Counted from the first letter of the stretch, positions 16,095-26,100 are shown. The stretch: DNA of 64,000 bases from an uncultured Thermoleophilaceae bacterium (GCA_963778615.1 CAVZVD010000011.1:189915-253914); one strand, 5' to 3'. Numbers and translations are program-made. The notes: a model not told the origin generated them from the sequence alone.

Positions 16095-17179
16095 TGCTCA
16101 GCTGGATACGCGACGTCGTCGCGGATCGCGGCGAGCACGATCCGGTCCCGATCGTCCTGGAGCGCGACGGTCCCGCGAGCAGCGCCTACGCATTCCGCCT
16201 CGGCGTGCGCGCCGGCTACGGCGGCGGCGAGACCGCGCGCATCCCGGTCGGCCGGCGCGTGAACCCCTCCCCCCACCCCATCCTCAAGGAGATCCATCAC
16301 TGCGAGGTGGCCGGCCAGACGCTCGAGGCGGCCAACGTCTACGCGCTGAAGTCCAAGGTCGAGCGGCTGCTCGAGACGATCGCCCCGGCCCGGGCGCTGC
16401 CGCTCTGCTACTTCCGCGCGCCCGCGATGGACTACGAGCTGCCGGTCTACGAGCAGGGCGGCTGGCTCACGACACCGGTGCTGGGCGGCCCGCGAATCCG
16501 CTCGCGCGACCTGGCCGGCATCCGCCGGCAGGTATGCCGCTACCTCGAGGCGGCCGGCTACGTGAGCGACGCCGAGGAGGTGAGTGTCGGAGTCGTGCGC
16601 CCGCGCGACCTCTCGCGCGTGCCGCTGGCAGCGGTGCTGCGCTCGCTCTCGGACTCCGACCTCTGGCTGCCGTGTGTGGAGGGGACTTCCGAGGACGGGC
16701 CGGTTGTGGGCGTCGTCGGCCACGCACCGCAGCTGCGCCGTGACGCCCGGCGCCGGCCCAGCGGCGGTCCCGTGCTGGAGGACACGGCGCCGGCCGCGCC
16801 CGACGTGGTCTCGCTGATCCGCTATCTCCAGACGGAGCTGGGCCGCGCAGGAGAGCTGGCCGCGTGGGGCCTGTACGCCGGCGACGTCCGGCCCGAGATC
16901 TGGGCCGCCGCCCAGGCGCGAGCCGAGGACACCGGCTCCCGCCTGGTCGCCCACCTCACCGACGACGCGTCGACGCGCCTCGAGCTCGAGGTGCGCCGGA
17001 CCGGCGCGGGCGACGTGACGGCCGCGATCGAGGACCGCTGCATCAACGTCTTCCTGGCACCCGACGAGGGCGCCCTGGCCATCCAGGTGGGCCACCACCT
17101 GGCCGGCTCCGAGTTCCTCAGTCAAACGACGGAGGTCGAGATCCATCCCGCAAACGCAGACCAGGAGGTTCACGCATGA
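16094..17179 (+). CDS. Hypothetical protein (361 aa), translationally coupled between glnK and glnA
   Basis: ORF 16094..17179. Its GTG overlaps the glnK TAG (TAGTG) and its stop overlaps the glnA ATG (ATGA). Strong GC3 codon bias in this frame and a balanced amino-acid composition. No domain recognised. Confidence 0.8.
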   Translation: MLSWIRDVVADRGEHDPVPIVLERDGPASSAYAFRLGVRAGYGGGETARIPVGRRVNPSPHPILKEIHHCEVAGQTLEAANVYALKSKVERLLETIAPARALPLCYFRAPAMDYELPVYEQGGWLTTPVLGGPRIRSRDLAGIRRQVCRYLEAAGYVSDAEEVSVGVVRPRDLSRVPLAAVLRSLSDSDLWLPCVEGTSEDGPVVGVVGHAPQLRRDARRRPSGGPVLEDTAPAAPDVVSLIRYLQTELGRAGELAAWGLYAGDVRPEIWAAAQARAEDTGSRLVAHLTDDASTRLELEVRRTGAGDVTAAIEDRCINVFLAPDEGALAIQVGHHLAGSEFLSQTTEVEIHPANADQEVHA

Positions 17180-18652
17180 CGCCGCTCACCGTCGAGCGAT
17201 TCGTCGGCGGACGTGTCGCCGAGGCCAAGGACGTCCTCGCCCTCGCCCAGGAGCACGGCGTGCGGATGGTCGACTTCAAGTTCACCGACCTCCCCGGCAC
17301 CTGGCAGCACCTCGGCCTCTCGATCCACGCGCTCGACGAGGAGGCCTTCGCCGAGGGGCTCGGCTTCGACGGCTCCTCGATCCGCGGCTTCCAGGAGATC
17401 GCGGAGTCGGACATGGTGCTGCTGCCGGACCCGGCGTCGGCGCTGATCGACCCGTTCCACGAGCAGAAGACGATGTCGGTGCTCTGCGACGTGATCGACC
17501 CGATCACCCGCGAGCCCTACAGCCGCGACCCGCGCTACGTGGCGCTCAAGGCCGAGCGCTACCTGGCGGGGACCGGCATCGCCGACACCTGCTTCATGGG
17601 CCCGGAGGCCGAGTTCTACGTGTTCGAGCACGTGGCGTTCGACCAGACCGCCAACCGCGCGTTCTACGAGGTCGACTCGGAGGAGGGCTACTGGAACAGG
17701 GGCCGCGGATTCGGCGCGGAGCGCAACGGGACGCCGAATCTCGGTTACAAGATCCGCTCGCAGCAGGGCTACTTCCCCACCGTCCCCGGGCGACACTCAC
17801 GGCGACCTGCGCGCGCGGATGGTGGTGGCGCTCGAGTCGATGGGGCTGCGCTGCGAGTTCCAGCACCACGAGGTGGGCTCGGCGGGCCAGGCGGAGATCA
17901 ACGTCCGCTTCAACACGCTGCGCAAGATGGCCGACCAGATCCAGCTGCAGAAGTACGTGATCAAGAACGTGGCGAACCAGGCGGGCAAGACGGCCACGTT
18001 CATGCCGAAGCCGCTGTTCGAGGAGAACGGCTCGGGGATGCACGTGCACATGTCGCTGGGGCGCGGCGGCGAGAACCTGATGTTCGACTTCGACGGCTAC
18101 GCCCAGCTGTCGCGCGAGGCGCTGAACTTCATCGGCGGGATCCTGGCCCACGGGCGGGCGCTGATGGCGTTCTGCGCGCCGACCACGAACTCGTACCGCC
18201 GGCTGGTGCCGGGCTACGAGGCGCCGGTGAACCTCGTGTACTCGCAGCGGAACAGGTCGGCGGCGTGCCGGATCCCGGTGTACTCGGCGTCGCCGAAGGC
18301 GAAGCGGGTGGAGTTCCGGCCCCCGGACCCGTCGGCCAACCCGTACCTGGCGTTCTCGGCGCTGCTGATGGCGGGGCTCGACGGGATCCAGAACCGGATC
18401 GACCCGGGCCAGCCCGTCGACGTGGACCTGTTCGAGCTGCCCGAGGAGCAGCTACGGGACATCAAGCACGTGCCGGGCTCGCTGGACGAGGCGCTCGACG
18501 CGCTGGAGGCGGACCACGAGTTCCTGCTGAAGGGCGGCGTGTTCACCCAGGACCTGATCGACACCTGGATCGGCTGGAAGCGCCGCGAGGAGGCGGACCA
18601 GGTGCGGATGCGCCCGCACCCGTGGGAGTTCGCGCTGTACTACGACTCGTAG
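17176..18652 (+). CDS. glnA: Glutamine synthetase type I (one frameshift at CCCCGGG ~17784-17790 as assembled)
   Basis: The N-terminal part [12 protein letters not shown]...[15 protein letters not shown]...GYFPTVP is in the ORF 16864..18684 frame. The rest, [37 protein letters not shown]...[11 protein letters not shown]...[13 protein letters not shown]..., is in ORF 17819..18652. Confidence 0.9.
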
Positions 18653-18668
18653 GGGTCGCGGATCCGGG

Positions 18669-18718
18669 CGACTGTCCTGTCTAGGCGCTCCATACGAGCA
18701 CCAAAGGCAGGACAGTCG
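18669..18718. terminator. Inverted repeat between convergent glnA and the histidine kinase gene (possible bidirectional terminator)
   Basis: CGACTGTCCTG (18669-18679) pairs perfectly with CAGGACAGTCG (18708-18718). The loop is large (28 nt) and there is no clear U-tract. Confidence 0.35.
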
Positions 18719-18720
18719 GC

Positions 18721-20447
18721 TCAGGTGACCGGCGGCGTCGTGCCGTGCAGCCGGTCGTGCCAGGCGTGTGACCAGGGGATCGCCTTCAGCGCGAGGGCGA
18801 TCACCGAGCCGAGCATGACCCAGGCGGGCCAGAAGTAGCTCGAGCCGCTTGCGATCCAGATCCCGATCACGAACAGGTTCACGATCCCGAGCGTGCCTCC
18901 GGTGGCGATCAGGCGGCGGCGGGTGCTCATCTGGGCGCGGCCGGCGATGAAGCCGCCGGGCGGCTCCGTGTAGACGCGCCAGGCATCCAGGGCGGCGATG
19001 AAGGCCAGGCTGAGGATCGGCCACACCGGCCAGGCGTTCGGCGCGCCGGTGAGGCCCCAGATCGCCAGGATCACGAAGGCGACCGTGCCGAGCGCGATCA
19101 GGCGGTAGCGGAGGCCCCGCCGGCGGCGCTCGGCGAGCGCGCGCAGCTGGTCGTCGGTGAGGGCAGGGCGCTCGGGCGTGACCGGGCCGCCTGCGGGGGC
19201 GTTCAGCGGGATCGTCGCCATCACCGTCGTGCCGCCGCCGGCCGGGCTGTCGATGTCGACGCAGCCGTCCAGCGCGCCCACCCGGTCCTCGAGGCCCTGC
19301 AGCCCCGAGCCGTTGCCGAGATCTGCGCCGCCCACGCCGTCGTCCTTCACGACGACCTCGACCTCCTCCCCCACCACCGTCACGGCGACGGTCGCCTGCG
19401 TGGCCTCCGCGTGCTTGCCGACGTTGGCCAGGCTCTCCGACACGAGGAAGTACACCGCGGCCTCGACCTGGTCCGGCAGCCGCTGCGGCGGCACGGCCAC
19501 GAGCTCGACCGGCACCAAGGCGCGTGAGGACAGGTCGTCGAGCGCCGCGGCGAGGCCGCGGTTGGTGAGCATGGCCGGGTGGATGCCGCGGGCGAGGTCG
19601 CGAAGCTCCTTGAGCGCGAGCCCGGCCTCCTCCCCCGCGCTGCGCACCAGCTCGGCGGCGGCGGGGTCGCCCTCGGCGGCGCGCTTCTCGGCCATGCGGA
19701 GGTTGAGGGAGAGGGCGACGAGGCGCTGCTGGGCGCCGTCGTGGAGGTCGCGCTCGATGCGGCGGCGCTCGGCGTCGGCGGCCTCGATGATGCGGGCGCG
19801 GGCGTCGCGGAGGTCGGACATCTGGGCGGTGACGGCCGGGTCCTCGTTCGAGCCGAGGAGGAGCTCGGCGTAGGCGCCGTAGAAGCGGCCGAGCCAGCCG
19901 AGGGCGGGGATCGCCCACCCAGACGAGGAGCGCGCCGAGCGGGACGAAGGCGAGCGCCTCGCCGATCGTGTCGACCTCGATGAATGGTGATCTGGACGCC
20001 GTCGGGGATGGCCCAGTACCAGAGCGGAAGGGTGAGGCTGCCGACGGCGACGCTCAGGACCGTGACGGCGACGATGAACGAGAGGAGGCCGAAGGGGAAC
20101 TGGAGGAAGAGGAAGGTGAGGTCCTTCCAGGTGGCGGGGTCGGCGAGGCGGGCGCGGAGGCGCTCCCACCAGCCGTGCTCGGGGAGCGGGCGGTAGGGGC
20201 TGGCGATGTGGTTGCCGGTGAGCGCCCCGATGGTCCGCCGCTCGATCTCCGCGAGCCAGCCCCAGGCGTAGACGGAGGCGATCAGGATCGGGATGCCGAT
20301 GAGCGTTACGGCAAGCCCAACGCCGGTCGACAGGGCCGTCACGAGGAAGGTGAACTCGATGACCCCGAAGACGCCGGCGACAAGCAGATACGCGATGCGT
20401 GTGTAGGTACGCGGATCTACGAGATCCCTGTTGAGCCGGGCGATCAC
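18721..20447 (-). CDS. Sensor histidine kinase (HisKA_3/NarL-type) with membrane N-terminal sensor domain and C-terminal 2TM-type extension (at least 2 frameshifts as assembled)
   Basis: The N-terminus MIARLNRDLVDPRTYTRIAYLLVAGVFGVIEFTFLV... is in ORF 19380..20447. The frame changes near 19975 and 19915. The core ...AERRRIERDLHDGAQQRLVAL...GIHPAMLTNRGL...SESLANVGKHAEA...DDGVGGAD...GLQGLEDRV, plus C-terminal TM helices, is in ORF 18721..20169. Confidence 0.85.
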
Positions 20448-20518
20448 GAGATCAAATGTATGGCGGGTGCGACGGGCGGTCCATACGGGCAGCCGTACCT
20501 GGCGGTACGGTGCCCCGA

Positions 20519-21338
20519 ATGCGGGGCCTGCGTATCGCGATTGGAGTAGGGCTGGTCGGCCGTGGTGGCCGCGGCGGACGGCGAGCGCCGCGGTGCCGGC
20601 GCCGAGCGCGCGCGGAGCGCGCGCCCGCGGAACGCTCCGCGGCTGCGCGGCAGGCGGACGCGTTCCCCGCCGGTCGATCGATTCGGGCGGTGCGCGCCTT
20701 CGTCCGCCGGCGCGCCACCAGCTCCTTCGCGCTGATCGACTCGCGCGGCCGCCTCCACGGCTACCAGGCGCGGCGGCGCTACGCCTCGGGCAGCATCGTG
20801 AAGCTCATGCTGCTGGTCGCGTACCTGCGGCGGCTCGAGGGGCGCATGCCGCCGCCCGGCGGACCAGCAGCTGCTCCACACGATGATCGTGCTGTCGGGC
20901 AACAAGGTGGCGTCGATCATCCAGGGGAAGGTCGGGACCGCGGCGCTGTGGGAGGTCGCCCGGGATGCCGGGATGCGCGACTTCTCGGTCTCCGGCAGCT
21001 GGGGCTCCTCGCTCATCAGCGCGGCCGACCAGGCCCGCTTCTTCCGCCGCTTCGACGGCATGATCCCGGCCGGCACGCGCGACTACGCGCGCGAGCTGAT
21101 GTCGTCGATCGACCGTCGCCAGCGCTGGGGGTTCCCGCGCCCCGCGCTCGACCTCGGCTTCGAGGCGTTCTTCAAGATCGGCTGGCGCGGCACGGCGACC
21201 GGGCGGCTCGTCAATGCCGTGGGGATGTTCGAGCGGGATGGCGAGCGGGTGTCGCTCGCCGTGCTCACCGACGGCAACCCCTCGCATGACTACGGGACGG
21301 ACACGATTCGCGGCGCGGCCGAGCGGGCTTTCAGGGGG
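20519..21338 (+). CDS. Class A beta-lactamase-like serine hydrolase (frameshift near 20855; N-terminus uncertain; no stop before the next domain)
   Basis: SxxK in RRYASGSIVKLMLLVAYLRRLEG (ORF 20456 frame). SGN and KIG motifs in ADQQLLHTMIVLSGNKVASII...FFKIGWRGTATGRLVNAVGMFERDGERVSLAVLTDGN (ORF 20883 frame). Confidence 0.7.
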
Positions 21339-21948
21339 GTGCCGGCGGCCCCAGCCCAAGAGCTCGCCGGCTCCCCCGCCCACCGCCGCGCCGGCCTCGT
21401 CGACGTCCACCGCTACGCCCCCGGCATCGGCCTCGACATCACGCTACGCGGGCAAGGACAACATCACGGGCCGGCGGCTTCCGGGCTACTGCGAGGAATG
21501 GGCGCTCATGCTCGACCCGGCCGCCCGCGACCTCGGCCGCGTGCAGCGCTACCTGCGCCGCCGGAACAGAGGCCTCCTGATCCTCGACGCCTACCGCCCC
21601 GCCCGCGCCACCCGCGCGCTGGTCAGCTGGGCCGAGCGCACCGGCCGCGGCCACCTGGTGGGCACCTACATCGCGCGAAGAAGCCGCCACAACCTCGGCA
21701 GCGCCGTGGACCTCACGCTCGTCCGCGCCTCGGACGGCAAGCGCCTCAGGATGGGCCGCTACGACGCGCTCGGCCCCGGCGCCCACACCTTCGACGCCAC
21801 CGGCGCCGTGCTGCGCAACCGGCTCGCCCTGAAGGACGCCATGGAGCGCTTCGGCTTCACCAACTACTGGCGCGAGTGGTGGCACTACGAGCACCGGCTG
21901 ACCGGCACCACCTACCTGGACCTCCCGCTCGGCTGCGGGAAGCGCTAG
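21339..21948 (+). CDS. D-alanyl-D-alanine dipeptidase (VanX/DdpX, M15D family); frameshift near 21440; may be fused to the upstream hydrolase
   Basis: LVDVHRYAPGIGLDI is in the ORF 20883 frame. RYAGKDNITGRRLPGY...LLILDAYRPARATRALVSW...SRHNLGSAVDLTLV...FTNYWREWWHYEH is in ORF 21214..21948. In-frame GTG 21339 is a possible separate start. Confidence 0.8.
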
Positions 21949-22259
21949 CCGCCCACCGACTCCTTCAGGTCCGCCGCGAACGTCGTGTAGTCGTAGATCG
22001 GCAGCGCCTCGGTCTTCACCGTCGCGCCCATCTCAACGATGATCGGCAGGCCCGACAGGGCGCGGTCGAGCGTCTCGGCGTCCGGGAAGTCGCACACCGC
22101 CAGCACCACGCGCTGACCGGACACCTTCCAGGCGTGCTTGATTGCGCCCGCATCCATCGCCCCGAGGGCGGCGTCGGCCTCGCGATCCCACATCTCGATC
22201 AGCTCGCGATTCGACATGTGGTCCGCCTGGCGGACGTCGAAGCGCACGAAGAACAGCAT
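21945..22259 (-). CDS. Muconolactone delta-isomerase-like protein
   Basis: ORF 21945..22259 (104 aa). MLFFVRFDVRQADHMSNRELIEMWDREADAALGAMDAGAIKHAWKVSGQRVVLAVCDFPDAETLDRALSGLPI resembles the CatC/MIase fold family, from memory. Confidence 0.7.
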   Translation of the reverse strand: MLFFVRFDVRQADHMSNRELIEMWDREADAALGAMDAGAIKHAWKVSGQRVVLAVCDFPDAETLDRALSGLPIIVEMGATVKTEALPIYDYTTFAADLKESVGG

Positions 22260-22263
22260 TGGC

Positions 22264-22674
22264 TCAACCCTCCTGGTCCTGCGGCGTCTCGAAGGCGCCG
22301 TCGATCAGCTCGATGCGATACCCGTCCGGATCCTGCACGAAGCAGATGCGGAACTCCTCGCGCCCGCCCGGGTGGTACGGCGGCTTCTCCGGCTCGATCC
22401 CGGCCGCGGCCAGCCGCGAGAGCATGCCGTCGAGGTCCTCCACGGACAGCGCGATGTGCCCGTAGCCGCCGCCCAGGTCGTACGGCTCGGTCCGGTCCTC
22501 GTTGACGGTGAGCTCGAGCGTGTCGCCGTCGCCAGGCAGGCCGAGGTAGACGTTGTAGGCCCCCTCGAACTGGAGCCTCCCGCGCCGCTCGTAGCCGAGC
22601 GCCTCGTAGAAGCGCAGCGAGGCGTCGATGTCCCGCACGCGCATGTTGGTGTGGACGTGTCGCATGCGCGGCAT
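22264..22674 (-). CDS. VOC-family protein (glyoxalase I-like)
   Basis: C-terminal 136 aa of ORF 22264..22887, from ATG 22674. MPRMRHVHTNMRVRDIDASLRFYEALGYERRGRLQFEGAYNVYLGLPGDGDTLELTVN...GYGHIALSVEDLD...FVQDPDGYRIELI. Confidence 0.85.
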   Translation of the reverse strand: MPRMRHVHTNMRVRDIDASLRFYEALGYERRGRLQFEGAYNVYLGLPGDGDTLELTVNEDRTEPYDLGGGYGHIALSVEDLDGMLSRLAAAGIEPEKPPYHPGGREEFRICFVQDPDGYRIELIDGAFETPQDQEG

Positions 22675-22682
22675 CCTGACGC

Positions 22683-23499
22683 CTACGCGGCGGCGGTGTG
22701 GGCGACGATGGCGCCCAGGATCTGGTCCCAGTCGCGCTCGTGCAGCTCGTGGCCGCCGCCCTCGATCGTCACGAGCGTCGCGCCCGGCACCGCCTCCGCG
22801 AGCGCCACTCCGTGCGGGTGCGGGAACAGCGGGTCCGCGCTGCCGTGGATCACGAGCAACGGCACGGCGAGCCGGCCGGCCTTCCACCGCGACTCGTCGC
22901 CGCCGATGCTGCCGTGGTTCGCCATCCGCCTGGGGTCGATGGCGCGCTCGAGGTCACGGGTGACGAGCTCGCGCGCCGCGGCCTCGTCGAACGGGTGCCG
23001 CGTGCCCGCGAGGTGGCGCGCGTCCTCGACGATCAGGTCGGCGAGGGCCTGCGTGTCCGACCAGTCGAGGTCGTTGAAGGCGGCCGCGTGCTCCATGTAC
23101 TCGGCGGTCGGGCCGGGCAGGCCGGGGGTCTCCTCGCCGACGGCCGACGTGCTGATCGCGGTCACGCTCGCCACGCGCTCCGGGTACGCCAGCGCCACGA
23201 CCTGCGCGATCCCGCCTCCCATCGACATGCCGACGACGATGCGCCCGCTCCACCCCGTGCTCGTCGAGCACGCCCACGGCGTCGGCCGCCAGGTCGTCGC
23301 CGGTGTACGTGGCGGTGCCCGGCTCGTAGCCGGTCGAGCGCCCCGTGTCGCGGTTGTCGTAGCGGATCACGAAGCGGCCCGCGCGCGCCAGCCGCGCGCA
23401 GAACCCGTCGGGCCACCACAGCATCGAGGCCATCGCGCCCATGATCAGCAGCACGGCCGGATCGCCGCGGTCTCCGAAGGTCTCGCTGCAGATGGTCAC
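22683..23499 (-). CDS. Alpha/beta hydrolase (frameshift near 23235 as assembled)
   Basis: The N-terminus MTICSETFGDRGDPAVLLIMGAMASMLWWPDGFCARLARAGRFVIRYDNRDTGRS is in ORF 22954..23499. The nucleophile elbow and rest, MSMGGGIAQVVALAYPERV...LLVIHGSADPLFP...GGGHEL, are in ORF 22683..23228. Confidence 0.85.
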
Positions 23500-23610
23500 G
23501 CCTCAAACGTAACGGGGGTGGCCACGACCACCCCTAGGGCGCCTGGGAGCGGACTCGCTCCGACCCGACACTGCTCCTGTCGGATCAATCACCACCACAA
23601 GGGAGTCCAA

Positions 23611-24210
23611 ATGACCCGCATCCGCAACATCGTCGTCATCGCCGCCCTCGCTCTTCTCGCCGTTCCGGCCACGAGCATGGCGAGCGCCAAGTTCGGCGCG
23701 AAGCTCACCCCGGACGTGCAGCCCTCGAACGCCAACACCCCGCATTCGTGCGACATGCCCGAGGAGACCACGGGCCCCTGCACCCGCGTCCTGATGGACG
23801 CCTACGGCCGGCCCGACCAGCCCACGGCGCCCAAGAAGGGCAAGATCAAGCGCATCCGGCTGATCGCCGGCGCGCCGGGCACGTTCCAGCTCCAGATCGT
23901 CAAGGCGAACGCCCAGACACAGCAGGCGAAGCTGGTCCGCAACGGCCCGGTGTTCAGCTACCAGGGCCAGGAGTACACCGATCCCGAGACCGACCCGGAG
24001 ACGTACAAGATCGAGTCGTTCAAGGTGAACGTGCCGGTCAAGAAGGGCCAGTCCCTCGCGATCAAGTCCTCCTCCACCAGCATGCTGCGCTGCAGCTCCG
24101 GTGGCCCGAACCAGCTGATCTTCAGCCCGCCGCTGTCGCTCGGGAACCCGTTCCAGACGGCGACCGACACGGATGGCTGCTGGCTCCTGCTGGAGGCGGT
24201 GATGAAGTAG
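23611..24210 (+). CDS. Secreted hypothetical protein (200 aa)
   Basis: Last 200 aa of ORF 22138..24210. ATG 23611 is preceded by AAGGGAG. MTRIRNIVVIAALALLAVPATSMASA is a signal peptide. No family recognised. Confidence 0.75.
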   Translation: MTRIRNIVVIAALALLAVPATSMASAKFGAKLTPDVQPSNANTPHSCDMPEETTGPCTRVLMDAYGRPDQPTAPKKGKIKRIRLIAGAPGTFQLQIVKANAQTQQAKLVRNGPVFSYQGQEYTDPETDPETYKIESFKVNVPVKKGQSLAIKSSSTSMLRCSSGGPNQLIFSPPLSLGNPFQTATDTDGCWLLLEAVMK

Positions 24211-24211
24211 C

Positions 24212-24217
24212 GATAAT
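24212..24217 (+). promoter_or_regulatory. Candidate -10 hexamer (GATAAT) for leaderless nadE
   Basis: An AT-rich GATAATTAA island, 7 nt upstream of ATG 24225. No SD. Confidence 0.3.
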
Positions 24218-24224
24218 TAAGGGC

Positions 24225-26027
24225 ATGCCCCCTGGACAGGACCTGCTGAGGGTCGCCCTCGCCCAGATCGACCCGACCGTCGGCGACATCCGGGGCAACG
24301 CCCGCAAGATCGCAGAGCACACCAGCGCCGCCCGCGAGCAAGGGGCGGCGCTGGTCGTGTTTCCGGAGCTGACCATCAGCGGCTACCCGCCCGAGGACCT
24401 GCTGCTGAAGACGTCCTTCCTCGACCAGGTCGGCGAGGCGCTCGAGGACCTCGCCGCCCAGACGCGCGGCATCGTCGCGCTCGTGGGGTTCCCGGAGCGG
24501 GCCGACGACGTCTACAACTCGGCGGCCGTGCTCGCCGACGGGGAGGTCGCGGCGGTCTACCGCAAGATGTACCTCCCCAACTACGGCGTCTTCGACGAGC
24601 AGCGCTACTTCCAGTCGGGCTCCGAGGCCGGGATCTTCGAGCTGAACGGGATCCCGATCGGGGTGTCGATCTGCGAGGACATCTGGGAGCCGGGGCCGCC
24701 CGCGATGACCGAGGCGCTCGCGGGGGCGCAGGTGATCGTGAACCTGTCGGCCTCGCCGTACCGGGCCGGGTACGGCCACGCCCGCGAGCGCATGCTGATA
24801 CAGCGGGCGGTGGACAACCTGGCCGCGGTCGTGTTCGTCAACACGATCGGGGGCCAGGACGAGCTGGTGTTCGACGGCCACAGCCTCGCCATCGACCAGG
24901 ACGGCCGGGTGCTCGCCCGCTGCCCGCAGTTCGAGGAGTGCCTGACGCTCTGCACGATCGACCCGCGCGAGGTGGCCTCGGCGCGGCTGCGCGACACGCG
25001 CCACCGGGTGAACGTGCGGCGGCAGCGGCGCGCGTCGCACGTCGCGGAGCCGCCCGCGGTGCACCTGGCGAGCGTCGAGGTGGCGGGCGGCGACGGGGCC
25101 CCGACACCGTCGGCGGCCGCGTCGCCGACCTGCTCGACGCCGACGCCGAGCTCTACGCGGCCCTCCGCACCGGCCTGCGCGACTACGTCGAGAAGAACCG
25201 CTTCGAGCGCGTCGTGCTCGCCCTCTCCGGCGGGATCGACTCCGCGCTCGTGGCCATGGTCGCCGCCGACGCGCTCGGCCCCGACCGCGTGACCTGCGTC
25301 TCCATGCCCTCCCCCTTCTCGAGCGAGGGCACCCGCGCCGACGCCCGCAGCATCGCCGAGAACCTCGGCACCGAGTTCATGGAGATCCCCATCGAGGACG
25401 CCATGCGCGCCTACGACGCCATGCTCGCCGGCGCCTTCGCCGGCCGCGAGCCGGACGTGGCCGAGGAGAACGTGCAGGCCCGCATCCGCGGCAACGTGGT
25501 GATGGCGCTGTCGAACAAGTTCGGCTGGCTGGTCCTCACCACCGGGCAACAAGTCCGAGCTGTCGGTGGGCTACGCCACCCTCTACGGCGACATGGCCGG
25601 GGGCTTGGGCGTGCTGAAGGACGTGTTCAAGGGCACCGTCTACCGCCTGGTGCGCTGGCGCAACGAGCAGGCCGGCCGCGAGCTGGTCCCCGCGAGCGTG
25701 CTGGAGCGGCCGCCCTCGGCCGAGCTGCGGGCCGACCAGACCGACCAGGACTCGCTGCCCGAGTACGACGTGCTCGACGCCATCCTGGCCGGCTACGTCG
25801 AGGAGGACCTCGACGCCGTGGAGCTGGTCCGCCGCGGCCTGCCGCGCGAGGACGTGGAGCGCGTGATCCGGATGGTCGACAAGGCCGAGTACAAGCGGCG
25901 CCAGGCCCCGCCCGGCATCAAGATCTCGACGAAGGCGTTCGGCCGCGACCGGCGCCTGCCGATCACGAACCGCTACGAGGGCCGCGACGACGACACCCCC
26001 GAGCGGCGGCTGCGGGCCCTCGGCTAG
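24225..26027 (+). CDS. nadE: Glutamine-dependent NAD+ synthetase (CN-hydrolase + NAD synthase domains; 2 frameshifts as assembled)
   Basis: [25 protein letters not shown]...[16 protein letters not shown]...VSICEDIW is in ORF 23748..25292. ...[16 protein letters not shown]... is in ORF 24938 (shift ~25100). [19 protein letters not shown]...ERPPSAEL... is in ORF 25566..26027 (shift at GGG 25544-25546). Confidence 0.9.
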
Positions 26028-26100
26028 GGGATGACCGCGACCCTGGGACGCGCCGGATTCGCCGACGTCGAGCCGTGGCCGCGGGCGCTGAGCTGAACCG

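Noticed and set aside
16091-17173. 360-aa minus-strand ORF, exactly antisense to the unknown gene between glnK and glnA
   Set aside because: Its composition is typical of a high-GC shadow ORF (very Arg/Gly/Ala/His/Gln-rich, few Lys/Ile/Tyr/Phe). The GC3 bias and the start/stop overlaps with glnK and glnA belong to the plus-strand frame, so I call the plus strand coding.
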